The notes below the pieces were generated by a model. It did no database searches. It worked only from the letters and a program-made list of their open reading frames with translations, and was not told where the DNA came from. Source: a virus. Taken from it: 64,000 nucleotides of DNA. The translations under genes and the position numbers were made by a program. The stretch is from IMG/VR virus record IMGVR_UViG_3300020430_000007. The stretch is one strand, 5' to 3'. Shown here piece after piece: positions 9,403 to 16,807 of this stretch; within the stretch, counting starts at the first letter, position 1, and every line of letters starts with the position of its first letter.

Positions 9403-9405
9403 ATA
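9399..9405 (+). promoter_or_regulatory. T4-type late promoter
   Basis: ATAAATA overlapping the stop of paralog 6, about 20 nt upstream of the micro-ORF. Confidence 0.55.
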
Positions 9406-9426
9406 AAAATACTTATTTTTATAGAT

Positions 9427-9519
9427 ATGAAAAGATTATGGCAATGGATAAAAGGTGAATACAAACTTTGGAAATTACGTAAGCAAGATCCATATATTTA
9501 CGAAGAAGATGATGACTAA
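9427..9519 (+). CDS. 30-aa micro-ORF MKRLWQWIKGEYKLWKLRKQDPYIYEEDDD
   Basis: Translated by hand (below the track cut-off); fills the gap, follows a late promoter, ends in a DP(F/Y)IY-type motif. Confidence 0.65.
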   Translation: MKRLWQWIKGEYKLWKLRKQDPYIYEEDDD

Positions 9520-10362
9520 TTACCAACTATGTGGTATATAACCAAATTTTTTCTCAAACCCTTCATATAACCAATTAAGTTTTTTTCTACCATAATCAAG
9601 ATCATCTTTTGATAAATCTTGCAAGTCAGATGTCCATTGGTGTTCTAAACCCTTTATATGCGGTGCTCTTGTTCCTCGTTCTGGAAAATAAAGATTTTTG
9701 CTCATTTTATCTATTTTCACACCTAGAAAATCAGACAAACCTTTTGGATTCTCCCAAACCTCCTCCATAATCACAGGATACACCTTTTTGAACGCAGATG
9801 ACCAATTTTTGTAAATTGTTACGTAGTCTGGTAATACAATTGAGGGTTTTTCTAAATTTGACCTCCAATATTCTAAACTATTAGAATATCTTTTATAACT
9901 GTCATTCCATTTTTCTTTGTACCATGTTGACATTTGAGAATATGATCTCCTGACTGGATTTCTCCATATTGTAGTGACTTTGACATCAAATTCGCTTTCA
10001 AGTCTTGGTGCAATCTGTCTCAAGAAGTATGCAGGTAAATCTCCGTTACTATTTGAGAAATCGCTGACACCTTTATGACTTTTAACAATATGTGATTTAA
10101 TATAATCAACATACCAGTCTAGAGTCGTGTCTTTTTTGACAAAATCTAATCCTCTTTTCTTATGATCCTTGTGCCAGTAAATATTTGCATGCTTTGGATT
10201 GTATTCCCTCTCATATAAGTAATATAGCACATTACACTCTGTAGTATGCTCTCTATTTGGGCATATCGCATATCCAATGTCTGAAAGTGTGTCGCAAAGC
10301 GGTTTAGTCGCAGACCACCCCACTCCAGCATTTATGTGCAATACGGGTTTCATAAATATCAT
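9520..10362 (-). CDS. sulfotransferase-fold protein (paralog 7)
   Basis: GVGWSATKPL, DFSN, WRNPVRRSYS, NLYFPERG; AAGGAG Shine-Dalgarno 5 nt before the ATG. Confidence 0.8.
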   Translation of the reverse strand: MIFMKPVLHINAGVGWSATKPLCDTLSDIGYAICPNREHTTECNVLYYLYEREYNPKHANIYWHKDHKKRGLDFVKKDTTLDWYVDYIKSHIVKSHKGVSDFSNSNGDLPAYFLRQIAPRLESEFDVKVTTIWRNPVRRSYSQMSTWYKEKWNDSYKRYSNSLEYWRSNLEKPSIVLPDYVTIYKNWSSAFKKVYPVIMEEVWENPKGLSDFLGVKIDKMSKNLYFPERGTRAPHIKGLEHQWTSDLQDLSKDDLDYGRKKLNWLYEGFEKKFGYIPHSW

Positions 10363-10380
10363 GCATTCTCCTTATATATT

Positions 10381-11343
10381 TTGAAAATACCATTATTGAT
10401 ATTTGGTGGATGGGGTCATGCTGCATCTACACCATTTTATTATACTCTTTCTTTAGATAATAAGTATTGTCATGGTGGACACAGAAAGGAGACTGGATAC
10501 CTTAATGAATTAGAAAATTATGAGTTCTTTGATCAACCTATGTGGACGTATACTAGTGACCCATATGATAGGTTGATGGTAAAGGATTCTAGTATGCCAC
10601 CAATACTTGATAAGCATGTAAAGCATAGTGAGGAGTTTATCCGAGATTGGATAGCAGAACCACCAAGTATATGTAAGTACATTCATTATTATCTAATACA
10701 TTATGAAAACATCAAACATGAATATAAGGCAGTTGCTGACTTTACAAACGGCAATTCTTGGTTGAGAGAACCATTTCTTGACAAGTACGTGCCTGCATTG
10801 CAAGAGTTTTTTGATATAAAATGCATATTTGTTTCTAGAGATCCAGTCCGTAGATCATATTCAGATTTTAGTGCTAAGTTTACAGGAAATGATCCTAGTG
10901 GTAAAATGTTGAAAGAAGGTATGTTATACCCTAACAATCCCACTGACAAACATTATAATAATATACATGATATGTTTTGCGGAGAACTACGTAAGACTTG
11001 TACAAGGTTCTATGTTGAGTTTTATAAAAAATTCAGCAAATACTTCCCAACTCTTCAAATTGTGATGGAGGATTTTTGGGAACCTGATAATTTTACTGAG
11101 CAGACCGAAAGGTTATCCAATTTCTTAGGTTATCCTATTACAAAGATACATGAGAATGCTTTTTGGCCAGAAGCAGGTGAAAATGCACCTAAATACGATT
11201 TCCTGAAGGATCAATGGGGATCTGTAAGGGAACCACTAACAAAAGAGTTATACGATTATGGTAGAGAACAATTGGACCCAATCTATTCTCAATGGAAAGA
11301 AGAGTTTGGATCTTTGCCTAGTTCTTGGGGTAAACATATATGA
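10381..11343 (+). CDS. sulfotransferase-fold protein (paralog 8)
   Basis: GWGHAASTPF, KETGYL, DFTN, SRDPVRRSYS; probable TTG start at 10381 by alignment; ATAAATA at 10352-10358. Confidence 0.78.
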   Translation: MKIPLLIFGGWGHAASTPFYYTLSLDNKYCHGGHRKETGYLNELENYEFFDQPMWTYTSDPYDRLMVKDSSMPPILDKHVKHSEEFIRDWIAEPPSICKYIHYYLIHYENIKHEYKAVADFTNGNSWLREPFLDKYVPALQEFFDIKCIFVSRDPVRRSYSDFSAKFTGNDPSGKMLKEGMLYPNNPTDKHYNNIHDMFCGELRKTCTRFYVEFYKKFSKYFPTLQIVMEDFWEPDNFTEQTERLSNFLGYPITKIHENAFWPEAGENAPKYDFLKDQWGSVREPLTKELYDYGREQLDPIYSQWKEEFGSLPSSWGKHI

Positions 11344-12719
11344 TAGGGTTTAGCGAGGGATTTCATGACGCTGCAATTGCGGTTGTTCATAAAAATACTA
11401 TTAGTTACGCTGCACATTCTGAGAGATACTCAAAAAAGAAGCATGATAAAGTATTGAACTTAAATGCAGTCACCATGGCAAGGGGATTGAATATACATGA
11501 TGACATTGTAGCATTTTACGAAAACCCGTTATCAAAAAGAACTAGACAGTTATATGCAGGACAAAAAGCGTGGAGGAGAGATAGACGGTTATCTTTGCAA
11601 CCTAATAAGTATATGCAACATCATAAATCACACGCTGCTGCTGCATTTCAAACATCCAACTTTGAACACGCTGCGTGTGTGGTGGTAGATAGCATTGGTG
11701 AGTGGGATTGTTCCTCAGTGTGGACTGCTAATATGGTAAGAGGATCCGCAGTATATAAAAAAGTATGGTCTAGAAGATATCCTAAGTCTATAGGACTTTG
11801 GTATAGTGCACTGACTAAATGGGCAGGATTAAGACCATTAGATGAAGAATATATTTTTATGGGAATGGCAGCCTTCGGAAAACCTTGTTATACTAAAGAG
11901 TTACGAGCATTACTTTCTAAAAATAACCATAAAGGTATACGTGGACTAGAAGGTGATTCATGTGATGTAGCAAAAAGTGCGGAGGTTGTTCTTCAAGAGG
12001 AATTGTTCAAAATATTTGATATTGCTAAAAAATACAGTAACAACATTTGCTATGGAGGCGGAGTTGCACTAAACTGTGTTGTAAATACAAAACTAAGGGA
12101 AAGGTGCAATCTTTGGATTATGCCTAATCCTGGCGACGCTGGAGGTGCTTTAGGTGCAGCTTTACTTGCATATGGTAAAAAAGTTCAATTTACTCCCTAT
12201 CTCGGATGTAACATTAGGGGTTCGGTGGATCCAGAAGAGGTGGTCGATCACATACTCAAACATAAAATCGTTGGTGTTGCAAATGGTCGTGCTGAGTTTG
12301 GTCCTCGTGCTCTTGGTAATAGAAGTCTATTGGCGGATCCACGCCAAATTTCAACCAAAGATCTAGTCAACGAAATAAAACAACGTCAGAAGTTTAGACC
12401 ATTTGCTCCTGCTATACTAGAAGAGCATTGTCAGGAATGGTTTGATATGCCTGAGCATTCAAGGCATATGTCATATGTTTATCAATGTAAGCAGAGTGAC
12501 CTTATTCCTGCCTGTCTACACGTTGATAACTCTGCTAGAGTACAAACAGTGCCAGAGACATCTGAGAGCGTTCTGAGACCCATATTGGAGTGTTGGTATG
12601 AGAAGACAGGAATCCCTGTATTGTTGAATACATCTTTGAATGTTCGTGGAAAACCAATGGTAAACAATGTTGAAGATGCAAAATTGTTTTCTAGTAAATA
12701 TTCAGTCAAGGTTTTTTAA
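11340..12719 (+). CDS. carbamoyltransferase, NodU/CmcH family
   Basis: HDAA, HHKSHA, DSIGE, GGVALNC, PGDAG, EFGPRALGNRS, FRPFAP, LLNTSLN. Confidence 0.95.
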   Translation: MIGFSEGFHDAAIAVVHKNTISYAAHSERYSKKKHDKVLNLNAVTMARGLNIHDDIVAFYENPLSKRTRQLYAGQKAWRRDRRLSLQPNKYMQHHKSHAAAAFQTSNFEHAACVVVDSIGEWDCSSVWTANMVRGSAVYKKVWSRRYPKSIGLWYSALTKWAGLRPLDEEYIFMGMAAFGKPCYTKELRALLSKNNHKGIRGLEGDSCDVAKSAEVVLQEELFKIFDIAKKYSNNICYGGGVALNCVVNTKLRERCNLWIMPNPGDAGGALGAALLAYGKKVQFTPYLGCNIRGSVDPEEVVDHILKHKIVGVANGRAEFGPRALGNRSLLADPRQISTKDLVNEIKQRQKFRPFAPAILEEHCQEWFDMPEHSRHMSYVYQCKQSDLIPACLHVDNSARVQTVPETSESVLRPILECWYEKTGIPVLLNTSLNVRGKPMVNNVEDAKLFSSKYSVKVF

Positions 12720-13435
12720 TGAAAATACTGTTTCATGGATGCTCAATTACTTGGGGTGACGAACTCGAAGATCGTGAAAATGAAAGATATAGTAAATTAG
12801 TTTCTAATCATTTTCTGACTGAAGACTGTAATATTTCTCATTGCGGGAATAGTAACGATAGAATTGTAAGAGAATCTATTGAACATCTACAAGACAATTG
12901 TTTTGATATTGTGGTATTGCAGTTTACTGTACACTCAAGAGTGGAGTGGTTTGATAAACAGGGTTTTCCCCATAGGTTTACACCACAACTTACATCAACT
13001 CATGGAAAATTAAAACTCAAGGGTATTGCAGGTAGAGATGATTTGAGAGAAAGAATGTTTTCTGCTGGTAAATGGTTTTATAGGTTTGTTTATAATGATA
13101 TTCTTGGTGTCGAAAATATGTGGAAAAATATTTTTCTTTTTGATTCTTACTGTAAGGCAAACAATATTACCTTCATCCCTATTTTAGCAGATCATTTTCA
13201 TGAGGTTATTCGTAGACCAGAAAAGTTTTATCATGGGGCAAATGGAACTGGTTGGTGGAAACCTTTATGTCAGGATATACCAATAACATATATTCATGAG
13301 GATATTATAGGTCATAAAAAGGATGGCATAGGAGATCATTACTATGGTGATTACCATGCAAAGGGAAATCATCCAAACGCTTTAGGACACCAAAAAATTG
13401 CAGAAAAACTTATTAAGTTGATAGAGACTATATAA
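12719..13435 (+). CDS. SGNH/GDSL-like hydrolase or acyltransferase (copy 3)
   Basis: FHGCSITWG, GNSN, GNHPNALGH; TAATG overlap with the carbamoyltransferase stop. Confidence 0.8.
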   Translation: MKILFHGCSITWGDELEDRENERYSKLVSNHFLTEDCNISHCGNSNDRIVRESIEHLQDNCFDIVVLQFTVHSRVEWFDKQGFPHRFTPQLTSTHGKLKLKGIAGRDDLRERMFSAGKWFYRFVYNDILGVENMWKNIFLFDSYCKANNITFIPILADHFHEVIRRPEKFYHGANGTGWWKPLCQDIPITYIHEDIIGHKKDGIGDHYYGDYHAKGNHPNALGHQKIAEKLIKLIETI

Positions 13436-13446
13436 TCTGTTATAAT
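13418..13446 (+). promoter_or_regulatory. sigma70-type promoter
   Basis: TTGATA-17 nt-TATAAT with extended TG, about 25 nt upstream of ATG 13471. Confidence 0.7.
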
Positions 13447-13470
13447 ATAATTGGATTGCAACCCTATAGT

Positions 13471-14229
13471 ATGGCTAAAGGATTTAAGGTGGTAACCACT
13501 CCACCCGCTACAGAAAAAAAGGAAGACTGGTGGTCTGTAGAAAAAGGAAAAGAATTAATCAAAGGTAAAAGCATTGTTTTTTGTTTGCCTGGTCGTGGTG
13601 TTTCTTACATATTTTTAAAAGCGTTTGTGCAACTTTGTTTTGATTTAGTACAAAGTGGTGCAAGTATTCAAATATCTCAAGATTACTCATCAATGGTAAA
13701 CTTTGCACGATGTAAGTGTTTAGGTGCGAATGTGCTTAGAGGACCTGATCAATTACCATGGGACGGTAAACTGAAATATGACTATCAACTTTGGATTGAC
13801 AGTGATATTGTTTTCAACCTAGAAAATTTTTATCGAATAGTTTGTATGGACAAAGATATCGCTGCTGGTTGGTATGCGACTGAAGATGGTAAGACAACAT
13901 CCGTTGCACATTGGCTTGAAGAAGATGACTTCAAGGAAAATGGCGGAGTTATGAATCATGAGATGGTTGATGGCATTCAAAAACGCAAAAAACCATTTAC
14001 AGTTGACTACACTGGATTTGGTTGGTTATTAATTAAAAAAGGAGTGTTCGAGCATAAAGAAATGACTTATCCTTGGTTCGCACCTCAAATGCAGGTTTTT
14101 GAATCTGGAGAGGTTCAAGACATGTGTGGTGAAGATGTATCTTTTTGCTTAGATGCTATCAAGGCGGGATTTGAAATTTGGTGTGACCCTCAATGTCGTG
14201 TTGGTCATGAGAAAACAAGAATTATATAG
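13471..14229 (+). CDS. glycosyltransferase-like (GT-A fold) conserved cyanophage protein
   Basis: WIDSD (DxD), YTGFGW, GEDVSFC and VGHEK motifs; MAKGF N-terminus. Confidence 0.8.
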   Translation: MAKGFKVVTTPPATEKKEDWWSVEKGKELIKGKSIVFCLPGRGVSYIFLKAFVQLCFDLVQSGASIQISQDYSSMVNFARCKCLGANVLRGPDQLPWDGKLKYDYQLWIDSDIVFNLENFYRIVCMDKDIAAGWYATEDGKTTSVAHWLEEDDFKENGGVMNHEMVDGIQKRKKPFTVDYTGFGWLLIKKGVFEHKEMTYPWFAPQMQVFESGEVQDMCGEDVSFCLDAIKAGFEIWCDPQCRVGHEKTRII

Positions 14230-14255
14230 ATACCTGTAAAGAATGTTTACAGTGT

Positions 14256-14429
14256 ATGGAAAAGTATGATATATATGTTGAGGGAGTAAAAGAATTCTCT
14301 TCTGTTAATGAAGAGGAGATGCTTGACATTACTCAAGCACTTGCCGACGAGTTTTATAACTCAGGTTACCCTCATCCCGACGAAATAGAAATTAAATACC
14401 TGGGAACCGACGACCAGGATTCCGACTGA
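14256..14429 (+). CDS. small acidic hypothetical protein (57 aa)
   Basis: Hand-translated MEKYDIYVEG...EFYNSGYPHPDEI; followed by a terminator. Confidence 0.7.
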   Translation: MEKYDIYVEGVKEFSSVNEEEMLDITQALADEFYNSGYPHPDEIEIKYLGTDDQDSD

Positions 14430-14455
14430 CTATCAGGCGACGGAGCATCCTAATT

Positions 14456-14484
14456 GACCTTCTCGACAGAGGAGGTCTTTTTTT
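14456..14484 (+). terminator. rho-independent terminator
   Basis: GACCTTCTC-GACA-GAGGAGGTC hairpin followed by T7. Confidence 0.85.
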
Positions 14485-14488
14485 GCCT

Positions 14489-14503
14489 CTAAATAGATAA
14501 ATA
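14489..14503 (+). promoter_or_regulatory. tandem late promoters for the baseplate operon
   Basis: CTAAATA and ATAAATA upstream of gp25. Confidence 0.7.
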
Positions 14504-14525
14504 TACCGAGATTGTAAACGTTCAA

Positions 14526-14930
14526 GTGCCTGTCCAACGTTTTTCGCAGGGTTTTAAGGACATATCTTTGTCTTTCAAAACTCATCCAGTAACAAATGAT
14601 ATACTTGCATTGAAAAATGAGGATGCAATAAAACGTTCTGTCCAAAATTTGATAAGAATACAATTAGGAGAGGTATTTTTTAATGATTTGTTAGGTACTA
14701 GAATAACTGGTGCGTTATTTGAGCTTGCCAACGATGATTTTGTTGATCCTATAGTAACAGAAATAGAAACTACGATAACAAACAACGAACCTAGAGTGGA
14801 ATTGACTGATGTTGATGTTCAATCACAACCTGATAATAATTCTTTAGATATTAGGATATCTTATGATCTCGTTGGTTTATCTGCACCAACTCAAATTTTA
14901 CAATTCGTCTTAGAACCAACTAGGCTATAA
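14526..14930 (+). CDS. gp25: baseplate wedge subunit gp25
   Basis: DISLSF..HPVTND, AIKRSVQNL, EPRV; lies directly before gp6. Confidence 0.9.
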   Translation: MPVQRFSQGFKDISLSFKTHPVTNDILALKNEDAIKRSVQNLIRIQLGEVFFNDLLGTRITGALFELANDDFVDPIVTEIETTITNNEPRVELTDVDVQSQPDNNSLDIRISYDLVGLSAPTQILQFVLEPTRL

Positions 14931-16807
14931 TGGCACTTCAACAATTTACAAATCTAAATTTTGAAGATATAAAATCTTCATTAAAAGACTACTTGAGAGA
15001 AAATTCTAATTTTTCAGATATGGATTTTGAGGGTTCTAACCTCTCAATTCTCATAAACACTCTTGCTTATAACTCATACATCACTGCATACAACACCAAC
15101 ATGGTGGTGAATGAGACTTTTATTGACTCTGCTACATTAAGAGAGAATGTTGTATCATTAGCACGTAATATTGGATATGTTCCTCGCTCAAAAACTGCTG
15201 CAAAAACTAAAGTAGATTATTTCATTACAGGTATATCTACATCTACATCAATAATTGTTTTTGAATCAGGTGTAATTGCAAATGGAACTGTATCTAATGC
15301 TAATTATATTTTTTCGTTACCAGAAGAAGTAACTGGAACTGTTGTTGATGGAATATCACAGGGAACCATAGAAATTTGTCAAGGACAATATTTAGAATCC
15401 CAATTTAGAATTGATAATTCTCAACCAAACCAAAGATTCATATTACCAAATTCTGATATCGACACCTCTACAATAAGAGTAAGTGTACTAGAAAGTTCTG
15501 GAAGTAATACAAGCACTGAATATAAATTAGCAGAAAATATAATTGGTATCACATCTACTTCTAACATATATCTTTTACAGGAAACAACTGACGAAAGGTA
15601 TGAGTTATTGTTTGGTGATGGTGTATTTGGTGATAAACTAGAATCTGGAAATATAGTCAATGTTTCTTACATTAAAACAAGTGGAAAGCAAGGTAATGGT
15701 GTAGCAGGTTTCAAATTTGCAGGTGCAATTAGTGATCAAGATGGTGCAATTTTAGATGGATTTACCGCTACCTTAAATGCACAATTTCCATCAGAAAATG
15801 GTGATGACATAGAAGATCTTGATAGTGTAAGGTACTATGCACCAAGAGTTTACTCATCTCAACATCGAGCAGTAACTGCCTCTGATTACGAAGCAATATT
15901 ACCATCGATATATTCTAATATAGAGTCTGTTAGTGCGTATGGAGGCGAACAATTAGATCCACCTCAATTTGGAAGAGTGTTCATATCAGCTAAACCTAAA
16001 AATGGATCTTTCTTGTCTGACTTTACTAAAAAAGATATATTGTCATCTTTAAAAAGTTATTCTGTAGCAGGTATAGTGCCAACGTTTGTTGACCTTAAGT
16101 TTTTATTTGTAGAGATTGATAGTTACATTTATTATAATCCTAATTTTGCAGGAAATGAGGAAAGTATAAAAACTTCTGTAATAAATTCCCTCACATCTTT
16201 TTCAACAGGTAAGGAACTAAATCAATTTGGTGGCAGATTTAAGTACAGTAAGGTATTGTCATTGATAGACAATGTTGATAGTTCAATCACCTCTAACATA
16301 ACAACAGTAAGGATAAGAAGAAATCTTATCGCTGCAATAAACCAATTTACTCAATATGAGTTGTGTTTCTTAAACGCTTTCTATTGTAAAGAAGATAGTT
16401 TTAATATAAAGTCTACTGGATTCAACGTGTCTGGAGTCTCAGGAACTTGTTTTTTCACTGATCAAAAAATTGACAGTGAAAATGGTAAACTTATTCTCTT
16501 TCAAATACTTACTGATAACTCGATAAAAATTATCTCAAATAATTTTGGAACAGTAGAATATAAAAAAGGTGAATTGATTATAGATACTGTGAATATAACA
16601 TCTACAGTGCTTTCAAATAACATAATAGAGGTAGAGGCAACTCCAGACTCTAATGATATATTAGCAAGAAATGAATTGTATTTGCAATTTGAAGTGTCAA
16701 AGAGTAACTTCTTTATGAGAAAAGATTCAATATCCTCTGGTGCAGATACCTCAGGAGCAAGGTTTACCCCACAATCTAGTTACCAATCTGGTAGTAGAAC
16801 ACGATAA
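14930..16807 (+). CDS. gp6: baseplate wedge subunit gp6
   Basis: LNFEDIK, DFEGS, DSATLRENVVSLA, RAVTASDYE. Confidence 0.93.
   Translation: MALQQFTNLNFEDIKSSLKDYLRENSNFSDMDFEGSNLSILINTLAYNSYITAYNTNMVVNETFIDSATLRENVVSLARNIGYVPRSKTAAKTKVDYFITGISTSTSIIVFESGVIANGTVSNANYIFSLPEEVTGTVVDGISQGTIEICQGQYLESQFRIDNSQPNQRFILPNSDIDTSTIRVSVLESSGSNTSTEYKLAENIIGITSTSNIYLLQETTDERYELLFGDGVFGDKLESGNIVNVSYIKTSGKQGNGVAGFKFAGAISDQDGAILDGFTATLNAQFPSENGDDIEDLDSVRYYAPRVYSSQHRAVTASDYEAILPSIYSNIESVSAYGGEQLDPPQFGRVFISAKPKNGSFLSDFTKKDILSSLKSYSVAGIVPTFVDLKFLFVEIDSYIYYNPNFAGNEESIKTSVINSLTSFSTGKELNQFGGRFKYSKVLSLIDNVDSSITSNITTVRIRRNLIAAINQFTQYELCFLNAFYCKEDSFNIKSTGFNVSGVSGTCFFTDQKIDSENGKLILFQILTDNSIKIISNNFGTVEYKKGELIIDTVNITSTVLSNNIIEVEATPDSNDILARNELYLQFEVSKSNFFMRKDSISSGADTSGARFTPQSSYQSGSRTR

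Noticed and set aside
1318-11343. Invertase-driven shufflon explaining the alternating orientations
   Set aside because: No recombinase in the window and no inverted repeats seen bracketing the minus-strand genes; only the short CATG junctions were kept as a finding
9427-13435. Saxitoxin or Nod-factor biosynthesis cluster
   Set aside because: Only generic tailoring families are shared; no core sxtA/sxtG or nodABC-like genes are present
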